Shown here: one piece after another, positions 37,962 to 47,040 of the stretch | Position numbering within the stretch: the stretch's first letter is position 1 | How the letters are laid out: every line of letters begins with the position of its first letter | NCBI GenBank assembly: GCA_003140595.1 | Contig: PLKG01000095.1 | Coordinates: 5,694-69,693 of the forward strand | Reading direction: 5' to 3' | From: Acidimicrobiaceae bacterium | GTDB taxonomy: Bacteria > Actinomycetota > Acidimicrobiia > Acidimicrobiales > Bog-793 | Length of the DNA: 64,000 bases | Made by a program: the position numbers and the translations under genes | Notes under the pieces: model-generated | What the model saw: only the letters and a program-made list of their open reading frames with translations | The model's database searches: none | Told to the model about the DNA's origin: nothing

Positions 37962-39116
37962 ATGACGAGTCCCGGCAAGCAGCTTGAAGAGGCCGTCCGG
38001 GGCGTCGTCGACCCGGCTCTGTTCCATACCATCGGCGACCTCGGGCTGCTCCGGTCGGTCGCCGTCCGCGAGGGCCGTACCGAAGTGGTGGTCGCAGCTC
38101 CCGCTGCCGGTCACCCTGCACCTGATGAGCTCGTCAAGCAAGTAGCAGCAGCGGTTGCCGCAGCCGGGGGCGACCCCTTGGCCCTCGAATTCGTCGACTT
38201 GACCGCGCCCGAGGAGGAAGAGCTCCAGGACAGGCTTCGCGACCTCGGTTCAGTCCCGCACCAGGTCGCCGGGTCCGACGGTTCCGGTGGGGACGGGCAC
38301 GGTGCTTCGGCCCGCCCGAACCCTTTTGCCGACAAGGCGTCCCATACCCGCGTAATCGCTGTCTCGTCGGGCAAAGGTGGCGTGGGCAAGTCGACCGTAA
38401 CGGTCAATCTCGCCGTCGCCCTGGCCCGCCAGGGGGCTTCGGTGGCGATCCTCGACGCAGATGTCTACGGCTTCTCGGTTCCCTCCATGCTGGGCATCGA
38501 CCGCCCACCGGCCCTGATCGGCGACCTGCTCATCCCGCCGGTCGCCCACGGCGTCCGGTGCATCTCGATGGGCTTTTTTGTGAACGAGGACCAGGCCGTC
38601 ATGTGGCGGGGCCCGATGTTGCACAAGGCTCTCGAGCAATTCCTCGTGGACGTGCACTGGGGCCGGCCGGATTTCCTCGTGCTCGATCTCCCGCCGGGCA
38701 CAGGTGACGTCGCGATGTCCATCGCGCAGTTCGTGCCCCGCGCTGAAGTGCTGGTAGTGACCACGCCGCAGGTCGCGGCCGAGCGAGTGGCACAGCGCGC
38801 TGCCGTGTTAGCCCGCCAACTGCGCCTACCGGTCAGGGGAGTGGTCGAGAACCAGTCGTGGTTTACCGGTGACGACGGAAAACGCTACGAATTGTTCGGC
38901 AAAGGTGGAGGCGAGATGCTTGCCAAGTCTCTTGGCGTGCCGTTGCTGGGCCAGATCCCCTTTCTGCCCGCGTTGCGCCGGGCCGGCGACCTTGGAGTTC
39001 CGGTGGCGGCCTTCGACCCCGACGGTGAGGCGGGCCAGGCTTTCGCATCGCTCGCGGAGCGGGTCGTGGCACTGGGACCAGGCAGGGTGTACCGGTCGGA
39101 GCTCTCGATCGGCTGA
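37962..39116 (+). CDS. Mrp/ApbC-family Fe-S cluster carrier ATPase with an N-terminal DUF59-like domain
   Basis: VIAVSSGKGGVGKSTVTVNLAVALA, DADVYGFSVP, LVLDLPPGTGD, and an N-terminal VVDPALFHTIGDLGLLRSV. Confidence 0.9.
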   Translation: MTSPGKQLEEAVRGVVDPALFHTIGDLGLLRSVAVREGRTEVVVAAPAAGHPAPDELVKQVAAAVAAAGGDPLALEFVDLTAPEEEELQDRLRDLGSVPHQVAGSDGSGGDGHGASARPNPFADKASHTRVIAVSSGKGGVGKSTVTVNLAVALARQGASVAILDADVYGFSVPSMLGIDRPPALIGDLLIPPVAHGVRCISMGFFVNEDQAVMWRGPMLHKALEQFLVDVHWGRPDFLVLDLPPGTGDVAMSIAQFVPRAEVLVVTTPQVAAERVAQRAAVLARQLRLPVRGVVENQSWFTGDDGKRYELFGKGGGEMLAKSLGVPLLGQIPFLPALRRAGDLGVPVAAFDPDGEAGQAFASLAERVVALGPGRVYRSELSIG

Positions 39117-39173
39117 GGCGGACACGATCCGGGCGATAGGGGAGCGCGACACCCTGCCCGTAGTCTTCGAGTC

Positions 39174-40310
39174 GTGGAAGCGGCATCCTTGTTGGTGATG
39201 AGCGAACAAGCGCGGCGGTGGGCGTCGACCATGAGCGGTCACCTTATAGACGACCCCCGCCTTCGGACGGCACACCACCCGGCGGTACCTCTAGGGGGAT
39301 CGTTGGGGGTCCTCGACCGCGAGGCACGCGAGGCAGAGGAGGAGTGGTTGTTGGCGCCGGGAGCGACGCGCTCGGTCGGGGCCGGCAACCGTGCACGCGA
39401 GGAGCAAGGCGATCCGTGGCGGACCTGTTTCGAGCGCGATCGGGACCGGATCCTGCACTCGACGGCGTTTCGGCGTTTGGCCGGCAAGACCCAGGTCTTC
39501 ATCTTCCCGGCCGATCATCAGCGGACCCGGCTGACTCATGCCCTCGAAGTCGTGCAGATAGCGAATGCGATCGCGCGTGCGTGCCGTTTGAACGTCGCGC
39601 TCACAGAGGCCATAGCACTAGGTCACGACTGCGGCCACGGTCCTGGGGGACACGCCAGTGAGGAGGCGTTGTCACCGTTCCTGCCGGAGGGATTCGATCA
39701 TGCGGTTTGGGGCGCGGATGTCACCGCGGCGCCGCTCAACTTGTGTGCCGAGACCTTGGACGGGATCCGGAACCATTCCTGGTCGCGGCCGTCGCCCGCC
39801 ACGCCCGAAGGGGAGGTCGTCGCGCTCGCCGACCGGATCGCCTACTGCGCCCATGACCTCGAGGACGCTGTCCACGCTCAGATCGTGACCAGCGATGAGC
39901 TTCCACCGCTCGTCGCCGAGCACTGCGGCACATCGAGGGGGAGCCAACTCGACGCCTTCGTGACCGACGCTGTCGCAACGACGCTGTCCTCGGGCATGGT
40001 CGGGATCAGCGAAACGATGGGCGAGGCGCTCGAGTCCTTGCGACGGTTCAATTACGAGCGTATCTACCTCCGTGAGGCCTCGGTCGACCAGTCGTCGGCG
40101 GTCGTCGACTTGCTGCGGGCCCTCGTCGATCACTACGTCAAGCACCCGTCGGCGCTTCCGATGCGAGCCGAGCTCGCGCCAGGCGATGAAGAGACGGTTC
40201 GCGCCGCGGTCGGATACGTGAGCGGGATGACAGATCGGTTTGCCTGCACAAAAGCTAACGAGCTTCTCGGATGGTTGCTCCCGCCCTGGTGGGAGCCACG
40301 AATCCCTTAG
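39174..40310 (+). CDS. dGTP triphosphohydrolase-like HD-domain protein
   Basis: FERDRDRILHSTAFRRLAGKTQVF, RLTHALEVVQIA and GHDCGHGPGGH. The start is uncertain; there are several in-frame GTG/ATG codons between 39174 and 39230. Confidence 0.85.
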   Translation: MEAASLLVMSEQARRWASTMSGHLIDDPRLRTAHHPAVPLGGSLGVLDREAREAEEEWLLAPGATRSVGAGNRAREEQGDPWRTCFERDRDRILHSTAFRRLAGKTQVFIFPADHQRTRLTHALEVVQIANAIARACRLNVALTEAIALGHDCGHGPGGHASEEALSPFLPEGFDHAVWGADVTAAPLNLCAETLDGIRNHSWSRPSPATPEGEVVALADRIAYCAHDLEDAVHAQIVTSDELPPLVAEHCGTSRGSQLDAFVTDAVATTLSSGMVGISETMGEALESLRRFNYERIYLREASVDQSSAVVDLLRALVDHYVKHPSALPMRAELAPGDEETVRAAVGYVSGMTDRFACTKANELLGWLLPPWWEPRIP

Positions 40311-40464
40311 AAGTGCAGGGAGGAAACTCGGCACCGTCCAGAATGTGTCGAGGCGATCCAGGATTTGCAACCAGTTGATGCCGACGAAAGAACCGCTCGG
40401 AGCAACGCCGACTTTGCATCCTGCCCGGAGCATGAAGGTAAGTGTCAAGCCGCCATCGGGCTGG

Positions 40465-40947
40465 CTAGGTCCCGGAGCCGGCCTTCCGAGCTTCATAGGC
40501 TCGCTGGCGACAGGAGCGGGTGCACTTGAACCCACAGACGCCGGTGCGCTTGTTCTGCCACTGCGTCATGGGCTTGCCGCAACGGGGGCAGTTCGGGTTG
40601 TGGTCTCTCGTCACAGTGACAAGTTGCCCTAGTTGAGCTAAGAGGCGCCGCACACGGGTCATGACCGGTTCGAGTCCCTCGATGTCGAACTCGACGTTCT
40701 CGGCAGCGAACACGGTATCCCAGTCGATCGCTAGTCGAGGGTCGGTCAAGGAACAATCGATGACGCGCAGCGCGCGAGCGATGTCGTTCACCTTGTCGAC
40801 CTGGAGCAGTGCCACGAGACGGTCGTGGTCTTCGGGCGTGGCGTCACCTGCGTCGATCTTCTGCGACAGCGCCATTATTTCGTCGTCGCTTGTCACAGTG
40901 ACAACCTTAGAGTCTGGGCTCGTACCAGGCGAACAGGCCAACTTCAC
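40465..40947 (-). CDS. Hypothetical protein with a C-terminal zinc-ribbon
   Basis: CPRCGKPMTQWQNKRTGVCGFKCTRSCRQRAYEARK at the C-terminus. The N-terminal ~110 aa are acidic/helical with no family I recognise. The start may be the internal ATG (MALSQKID). Confidence 0.5.
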   Translation of the reverse strand: MKLACSPGTSPDSKVVTVTSDDEIMALSQKIDAGDATPEDHDRLVALLQVDKVNDIARALRVIDCSLTDPRLAIDWDTVFAAENVEFDIEGLEPVMTRVRRLLAQLGQLVTVTRDHNPNCPRCGKPMTQWQNKRTGVCGFKCTRSCRQRAYEARKAGSGT

Positions 40948-41196
40948 CGGGCGCCGTCTCCACCTCGACCTTGTAAGGACGCTGCTTCATGTACTGCGCC
41001 CAGCCCGCGAGTGTCCTTGAGAGTGCAGCCGGTCCTTCGGCGCTGTGTCTGGGCTCCTGGCGCAGGCAGGCTCATGTTCGCCGGCACGGCACATCCGCGT
41101 CGCGCGAGACGGCGGATGCGTCGGGTGCCCGGACCCGGTCCGCGCGGAGCCAGCACCGGGGCGTTGTGAACCGCGACGGCTGGCTCGTCCCCTACG

Positions 41197-41460
41197 ATGA
41201 CTCGGGAAGCGGAAGGAGCACTCGTGGACGTGCGCATCGGGATCATCCATTCATTGAAGGAGCTGGACATCGAGCTCCCCGAGGGCACTACGCACGCCGA
41301 TGTCGTCGCGGACGTCGACAAGATCCTTGCCCAGCCCGACGGCGTGCTCTGGTTCACCGACAAGCGAGGCCGTCGCGTGGGAGTGCCGTCCGCAAAGGTC
41401 GCCTACATCGAGATCGGCGGCGGGGGCGAGGACCGGCGCGTCGGCTTCGGAACCAACTGA
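41197..41460 (+). CDS. DUF3107-family small protein
   Basis: VDVRIGIIHSLKELDIELPEG...LWFTDKRGRRVGVPSAKVAYIEIG matches the DUF3107 pattern as I remember it. The likely true start is GTG 41224. Confidence 0.6.
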   Translation: MTREAEGALVDVRIGIIHSLKELDIELPEGTTHADVVADVDKILAQPDGVLWFTDKRGRRVGVPSAKVAYIEIGGGGEDRRVGFGTN

Positions 41461-41472
41461 CGCCCGAGCTCG

Positions 41473-42429
41473 GTGCCCGAGCTCCTCGCCTACCAGCTGC
41501 TCTTTGTCACCGGTAAAGGCGGCGTAGGCAAGACCACTGTTGCGGCCGCGATCGCCCTGTTGGCGAGCGAGCAGGGTCGCCGCACTCTCGTCTGCGAGGC
41601 CGAGCCGAAAGGTGACCTGGCCCGCGCCTACGAGTGTGGCCCGACCCCCTTCAGCGGGCGGCGCATCAGCGACGACCTGGTGGCGATGTCCATGGACACC
41701 GAGGCGTCGCTGCGTGAGTACCTGCGGGTAGTCGCGAAGGTACCCAAGATGGGACATATCGGCCCGGTTGCCCGGGCCTTCGACTTCGTGGCGACCGCCG
41801 CGCCGGGGATCAGGGAGATCCTGACGGTCGGAAAGCTTTGTTTCGAGATCCGGGCCGGCCGGTACGACCTCGTCGTTGTCGACGCCTCCTCGACAGGCAA
41901 CGTCGTCGGACAGCTGGCGGCGCCGAGCGGTATCAACGAGCTGATCCGGGTGGGGGTCGTTCGTTCCCAGACCGACTGGATACTGGAGATACTCGGCGAC
42001 CCGGCCCGCACCGGGGCCGTGCTTGTCACCACGCCCGAGGAGATGCCCGTAACAGAGGCCGTGGACCTCGCCGCCCGCCTCGCCGCCGAAACGCCGGTTC
42101 ATCTTGCCTGTGTAGTGGCGAACCGCGTCCTGCCCGAGCTCTTCGGCCGCTCCGAGGAGCTTGTCTTCAACGAGCTCACCCGCGCCGCGACGCTCGACTT
42201 TGTGGCCCGCAATCTCCAGACGTCGCGCGAGCTGGTCGAAGACGTGCTCGCAGCAGCCAGGCTCGCAGTCACGGTCCGGCGCGACGGTGTCGCCCATCTG
42301 GAGCGACTGCGCGCCGGGATCGCGTCGGACGTGCCGCTGTTGTACCTGCCATACCTGTTCGCGCGCGCACACGGGCTTCGTGCAATTCGCCAGGTTGCCC
42401 ATGCGTTGTCGGAAGAGCTCGTGACGTGA
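41473..42429 (+). CDS. ArsA/Get3-like P-loop ATPase, paralog 1
   Basis: FVTGKGGVGKTTVAAAIALLASEQGRRTLVCE, a deviant Walker A. Confidence 0.8.
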   Translation: MPELLAYQLLFVTGKGGVGKTTVAAAIALLASEQGRRTLVCEAEPKGDLARAYECGPTPFSGRRISDDLVAMSMDTEASLREYLRVVAKVPKMGHIGPVARAFDFVATAAPGIREILTVGKLCFEIRAGRYDLVVVDASSTGNVVGQLAAPSGINELIRVGVVRSQTDWILEILGDPARTGAVLVTTPEEMPVTEAVDLAARLAAETPVHLACVVANRVLPELFGRSEELVFNELTRAATLDFVARNLQTSRELVEDVLAAARLAVTVRRDGVAHLERLRAGIASDVPLLYLPYLFARAHGLRAIRQVAHALSEELVT

Positions 42430-43859
42430 GCCGGTCCGAGCGCGATATCGGCTCAGATGCCCGGAGTCGTCCGATTCCCGGGCGGGCTGGGCCATCGCCT
42501 GAACTGGAGCAGACGCGTCATCTGGAACAACTCCTGTCGGCCAAGGAGGTCGTCGTCGTATGCGGGCCAGGCGGCGTCGGAAAGACGACTATCGCGGCTT
42601 CGCTCGCCGCCACGGCTGCGGCCCGGCTCGGTGGCCGGGTGCTTGTTCTCACTGTCGATCCGGCGCGTCGCCTTGCGGACGCGCTCGGGGTCGGGGGGTT
42701 GGGAAACGTGGCCCGCCGGGTACCCGACGATGCCTTCGCCGCCGCAGGCGTGCGCCCGAGAGGCGAGCTGTACGCGGCCATGCTCGACATGAGCGAGTCG
42801 TGGGACGCGCTTGTCCGCCGGCATGCGCCAGATGCCGCGACTGCCCAGGAGATCCTTGCAAACCCGCTTTACCGCAACATCACGAGGCGCTTTGCGCAGG
42901 GCCACGACTACATCGCCATGGAGCGTTTGTTCGAGCTTCACGAAGATGGTGAGTACGACCTCCTCGTCGTCGACACGCCGCCTTCGCTCAACGCGCTCGA
43001 CCTCCTCGACGCACCAGGGCGCATGGCCGAGTTCTTCTCGTCGAGACTGCTTCGGTGGCTCATCGTGCCCTACCGCTCCCGGCTCGTGAACTTCGCCTCC
43101 CGGCCCTTCTACCAGGTTGCGGATCGCATCCTGGGCAGTCAATTCCTGGAGGACCTCGCTGGTTTCTTCATTCTCTTCCAAACCATGCGGGACGGCTTCG
43201 TTGCCCGCGCCGAGGCCGTGAACCGACTAATCCGGGATGTGCGCACGACCTTCGTGGTCGTGACGACGCTCGAGGCCACCCCGGCGGTGGATGCCGAACA
43301 GCTCATCGAGAGCCTTCGGGAACGCCACTTGCATCTCGGCCTGCTCGTCTGCAACAAGGTCCTGCCGGCGTCCTTCTCGGACCCGCCCGTCGGGCGAACC
43401 GCCGAGCTCTTGGGCGAGCGCGCATTCGAGCTGGCGAGCGTTCTCGTGGACCGCTTGCCGTCGGACCCGGAGACCGCGGGTCGTCCTTCGGGCGAGATGG
43501 TCGGCCGTGTGCTCGCGGAAGTGGCTCGTAGCTTCGCCAACTTCCGGCTCGTGGCGACACGCGAGGCGGAGTTGTTGCACGAGTTCTCCGCCTCCCACGA
43601 GGTGACCGCCACGGTTCCCTACCACCCGGGACACGTCACTGACTTGCACGGTCTCTTGGACGTGGGAGCCAAGGTCTGGGGCGACGAGGTTGCTGTGGCC
43701 AGCGGTGGAGCAGCATCGCGCGCCGTTAGTCGCAGCCGCAGCAGCCATGGTTCGGGTCGCGGCTCGAAGTCGGGTACCTCGATGGTGCGCGACACCGCAG
43801 CGTCGGTAGAGGTCGGCAAGACTCCTTTGAAGGAGCCTGGATCCGATGCCGGTTCTTGA
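42426..43859 (+). CDS. ArsA/Get3-like P-loop ATPase, paralog 2
   Basis: VVVCGPGGVGKTTIAASLAATAA...VLVLTVDPARRLADALG. GTG 42426 overlaps the previous stop (GTGA). The rest of the track ORF (from 41838) is an out-of-frame overlap. The C-terminal ~60 aa are Ser/Arg/Gly-rich. Confidence 0.8.
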   Translation: MSRSERDIGSDARSRPIPGRAGPSPELEQTRHLEQLLSAKEVVVVCGPGGVGKTTIAASLAATAAARLGGRVLVLTVDPARRLADALGVGGLGNVARRVPDDAFAAAGVRPRGELYAAMLDMSESWDALVRRHAPDAATAQEILANPLYRNITRRFAQGHDYIAMERLFELHEDGEYDLLVVDTPPSLNALDLLDAPGRMAEFFSSRLLRWLIVPYRSRLVNFASRPFYQVADRILGSQFLEDLAGFFILFQTMRDGFVARAEAVNRLIRDVRTTFVVVTTLEATPAVDAEQLIESLRERHLHLGLLVCNKVLPASFSDPPVGRTAELLGERAFELASVLVDRLPSDPETAGRPSGEMVGRVLAEVARSFANFRLVATREAELLHEFSASHEVTATVPYHPGHVTDLHGLLDVGAKVWGDEVAVASGGAASRAVSRSRSSHGSGRGSKSGTSMVRDTAASVEVGKTPLKEPGSDAGS

Positions 43860-44043
43860 CGGTCTTCACCGGTCGCGACGGGCGCGCCATGATCTTTCTT
43901 TGGAACCGGCCGGCACGCCGGGACATCACTGGCTCAAAAAGAGGACGGAGTACATCGATGCCTGAGATCGCCCCGCACAGGCCGGGCCAGGTGGGACCGG
44001 GTCGGTGCCCATGGATCTCTGCGAGCCGGGCTGACCGAGTCCG

Positions 44044-45684
44044 ATGAACCCTTCTCTCGTTCCACTTCCGGTCAAGATCGTGCCGGCGCCCGACCTTATC
44101 CGCCGCTACACGGCCCTGGAAGGCCCCGAGCGTCGCCATCTGGAGAGCCTGATGGCCTTCTGGAGCCTTCTCGCCGATTTCTCGTTCTCCGACCTGTTGC
44201 TGTTCGCGCCGGTCACCGGTGATAGGGGCGAAGGAGACCAGGCGCAGGGCGAGCCGGGTTCGTCTGAGGCCTTCGGGCCCGAGCGCCCGGGCGAGTTCGT
44301 CGTCCTCGGACAGATACGGCCAACGACGAGCCAGACCCTCTATGAAGTCGACCTCGTCGGGCAGGTCCAGTCGGCCGAGAGCTTGCCCAACCTGGTGGAG
44401 GCCTATCGGTCCGGCGTGATCGTCCGCGGAGAGCAGCCGGGCGAGTCCTCCGACGCGCTGGTGCGCGTGACGAACATCCCCGTGGGCTACTGCGACAAGG
44501 TCCTCGCAGTGCTCTGTCGCATCTGGTCGCCACGGACCACCCGGCGCCGGGGAACCCTGGAACGGGTCTACCTGGATCTGTTCGAGCGGCTGTCAGTCAT
44601 GGTCAGAGACGGCCTGTTTCCTTTCGTGGCAGACGACGCCGCGGTCGAGGAGGCGCCCCGGGTGGGCGACGGGGTGATCGTCGTCGACGCCTTTGAGCGC
44701 ATCACCTACGCTTCACCGAACGCGGTCAACGCACTGCACCGTGCCTCGATAACCTCGTCGATAGTCGGCTCGAGCCTGGTTTTGCTCGGCCTCGAGACCT
44801 CGGTGCTCAACGATGCCTTCTCGAGCAAGCTTCCCGCGATCGAAGAAGTCGAGCGGCCTCCCGACGTCATCTTGATGATCCGGTGCATTCCGCTCATCGC
44901 CAGGGGCGAGTTGACAGGCGCAGCGCTCCTGCTCCGTGACGTGACGGACTTGCGTCGCAGGGACCGTCTGCTCCTGACCAAGGACGCGACCATTCGTGAG
45001 GTCCACCATCGCGTGAAGAACAACCTCCAGACGATCTCGTCACTGCTCCGGCTCCAAGCGCGACGCTTGGACGAGGCTGAGGTGGTGGGCCGAATCGCCT
45101 TGCTCGAAGCCGAGCGCCGGATCCGGGCTATCGCGCTGGTTCACGACATCTTGGCCCGCGACGTGACCGAGCAGGTGCCCTTCGAAGAGATCGTCTCGGC
45201 GCTCGTCAACATGATCCGCGAGACGAGCACGATCTCGTTCCCGGTGACGATCGAGGTCGACGGGGGGCTCGGAGACGTTGCCGCCGAGGTGGCGACCCCG
45301 CTCGCGGTCGCGATCGCGGAGCTGCTTCAGAATGCGGTGGAGCATGCATTCCCCGAGCCTTTGTATGCGGGCGGCTCACAAACCTGGGCTCCCGGGCCGG
45401 GACCCCTAACGCCGAGCCAGGTGGCGGGGGACTTGCAAACGGCCTCGGTACTCGACGCACGTGTCGACCTCGTGCTTGACGAGCGGCCCGATGCCTTGGG
45501 GGTTGTGGTCAGGGACAACGGATGTGGGTTGCCCGCGGGATTCGACATAGACCGCACACGCAGTCTCGGGTTGTCGATTGTCCGTGACCTCGTCAGAAGT
45601 CAGCTGGGCGGCACGATAAGTATGGAAACCGACGGCGGAACCGTCGTCAGCCTAGAGATACCGGTGAGTCGTCGAGCGAGCTAG
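44044..45684 (+). CDS. Soluble sensor histidine kinase, PdtaS-like (GAF/PAS plus HisKA_2 plus HATPase)
   Basis: H-box TIREVHHRVKNNLQTISSLLRLQARR and ATPase region AELLQNAVEHAF...VVRDNGCGLP...GLSIVRDLV. No TM segment. Confidence 0.8.
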   Translation: MNPSLVPLPVKIVPAPDLIRRYTALEGPERRHLESLMAFWSLLADFSFSDLLLFAPVTGDRGEGDQAQGEPGSSEAFGPERPGEFVVLGQIRPTTSQTLYEVDLVGQVQSAESLPNLVEAYRSGVIVRGEQPGESSDALVRVTNIPVGYCDKVLAVLCRIWSPRTTRRRGTLERVYLDLFERLSVMVRDGLFPFVADDAAVEEAPRVGDGVIVVDAFERITYASPNAVNALHRASITSSIVGSSLVLLGLETSVLNDAFSSKLPAIEEVERPPDVILMIRCIPLIARGELTGAALLLRDVTDLRRRDRLLLTKDATIREVHHRVKNNLQTISSLLRLQARRLDEAEVVGRIALLEAERRIRAIALVHDILARDVTEQVPFEEIVSALVNMIRETSTISFPVTIEVDGGLGDVAAEVATPLAVAIAELLQNAVEHAFPEPLYAGGSQTWAPGPGPLTPSQVAGDLQTASVLDARVDLVLDERPDALGVVVRDNGCGLPAGFDIDRTRSLGLSIVRDLVRSQLGGTISMETDGGTVVSLEIPVSRRAS

Positions 45685-45695
45685 GAGACAGCGGC

Positions 45696-46028
45696 TCAAC
45701 AAGCGCGGCGGCGCTGGGCGGCCAGCCACGCCTTGCGGAGCTTGCGGCGCTCGTCCTCGGAGGTGGCGCCCCAGACACCCGATTCCTGATTTGTGGCGAG
45801 AGCGAACTCGAGACAGGCCTCCCGGGCCTCACACGAGAAACAGACGGCTTTGGCCGCGTCGATCTGCTCAATCGCTTGACCTGTCGTCCCGATTGGAAAG
45901 AACAGGTCGGGGTCAGTGTCTCGACATTCGGCGACCTTGCGCCAATCGTCGCTGTCCCACTCGCTCGAGCGGGTCCAGGTCAGAGCCACGCTGCCTCCTC
46001 TGGGCTTGGAAGCGCGGACAATGTTCAT
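45696..46028 (-). CDS. whiB: WhiB-family Fe-S transcription factor (WhiB1-like)
   Basis: AECRDTDPDLFFP...AKAVCFSCEAREACLEFAL...GVWGATSEDERRKLRK contains four Cys and the GVWGG-type turn. Start at ATG 46028 (110 aa). Confidence 0.9.
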   Translation of the reverse strand: MNIVRASKPRGGSVALTWTRSSEWDSDDWRKVAECRDTDPDLFFPIGTTGQAIEQIDAAKAVCFSCEAREACLEFALATNQESGVWGATSEDERRKLRKAWLAAQRRRAC

Positions 46029-46175
46029 GGCCGTCCAAGCGCGTCCGTGAACAGGTTCACAAAACTTTGCATCCAGCAACCAAACCGATACTGCGGGCTG
46101 GACGCCGGCGAAGAGGCGGTCGATTACCGGGCTGCGATACCTAATCTTACGGGAGCGTTCACCATCATGCAAGCA

Positions 46176-46191
46176 TGTGATCACGATCACA
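46176..46191. promoter_or_regulatory. Perfect CRP/FNR-type site TGTGA-N6-TCACA in the whiB / glpQ-like divergent intergenic region
   Basis: TGTGATCACGATCACA read directly. It lies 148 bp from the whiB start and 74 bp from the phosphodiesterase start. Confidence 0.6.
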
Positions 46192-46264
46192 ATCTGGGAA
46201 TAATCGATTACCGTCGCTGCGACCGCTCCTGCCAGGGCGGCCACACTCGGGGAGGAAGCGTGCT

Positions 46265-46987
46265 GTGACCGAGATCTACGCCCACCGTGGATCGGCTCAA
46301 CTGGCCAGGGAGAACACCGTCGCGGCCTTCCTCGCCGCCAGGGAGCTTGGCGCGGACGGGATCGAGCTTGACGTTCACCTCACCGCCGACGGCAAGGTCG
46401 TGGTCCACCATGACGGCGAGGTGCCGGGGCTGGGCCCGTTCGGCCGCCTCGTGTCGGCCGAGCTGCCCGAGTGGCTTCCATCCCTCGCCCAGGCACTCGA
46501 TGCCTGCTCGCCACTCAAGGTCAACGTCGAGGTCAAAAAGGACGACATCGACGGTGGATCTGAGCGCGACGCGTCGCTCGCGTTCGAGGTGGCAAGACTT
46601 CTGGCGGCCCGTAGGGAGCTCTCTCGGATCGTGGTCTCATCCTTCTCCCTCGAAGCGATAGACGCCGTGCGCGGCTTCGAGCCGAGTCTCGAGACTGCAC
46701 TTCTCATCGATGTCGACCAGGATCCGATGGCGGGGCTGGCGACGGCGCGCGAGCACGGACACGGCGGCCTGCACCCGTTCTTCGTCTCGGTGGACGCGGC
46801 ATTGATGAAAGCTGCCGTTGACAGCGCCATGGCGATCAGGACCTGGACCGTGGACGACCCGGCCTCCATCGTCTCGCTCGCCGAGCTGGGCGTCCACGCT
46901 GTTATCACCAACGACGTGGCGGCGGCCCGTCGATCGCTCGGGCGGTCCGATCTGTCGGGCGGAGCGCCGCCCGCAAGCCCCGGCTGA
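46265..46987 (+). CDS. Glycerophosphodiester phosphodiesterase
   Basis: IYAHRGSAQLARENTVAAFLAARELGADGIELDVHLTADGKVVVHHD is the GDPD signature. Confidence 0.85.
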   Translation: MTEIYAHRGSAQLARENTVAAFLAARELGADGIELDVHLTADGKVVVHHDGEVPGLGPFGRLVSAELPEWLPSLAQALDACSPLKVNVEVKKDDIDGGSERDASLAFEVARLLAARRELSRIVVSSFSLEAIDAVRGFEPSLETALLIDVDQDPMAGLATAREHGHGGLHPFFVSVDAALMKAAVDSAMAIRTWTVDDPASIVSLAELGVHAVITNDVAAARRSLGRSDLSGGAPPASPG

Positions 46988-47040
46988 CCATTCCCGCCTC
47001 CAGGCTGGCCGCGGGGCCGCGAGTCGTGGAGAATCGCTGT

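Noticed and set aside
39174-40310. dGTPase-like gene as a possible nucleotide-depletion antiphage defence gene
   Set aside because: It looks like the ordinary actinobacterial Dgt-like HD protein in a housekeeping context (Fe-S genes, no other defence genes, normal GC). Nothing in the sequence supports a defence island.
40660-40680. GGTTCGAGTCC, a tRNA T-loop-like string
   Set aside because: The flanking bases cannot form a T stem (ACCGG versus CCCTC) or an acceptor stem, and the string lies inside a CDS. I found no tRNA anywhere in the window.
41838-42425. 5' 588 nt of the 673-aa ORF 41838..43859
   Set aside because: It overlaps ArsA-like ATPase 1 out of frame and is Arg-rich nonsense. GTG 42426, coupled to the upstream stop, gives a normal ArsA-like N-terminus.
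41251-42495. 414-aa minus-strand ORF
   Set aside because: It is antisense to DUF3107 and ArsA-like ATPase 1, whose P-loop GKGGVGKTT is on the plus strand.
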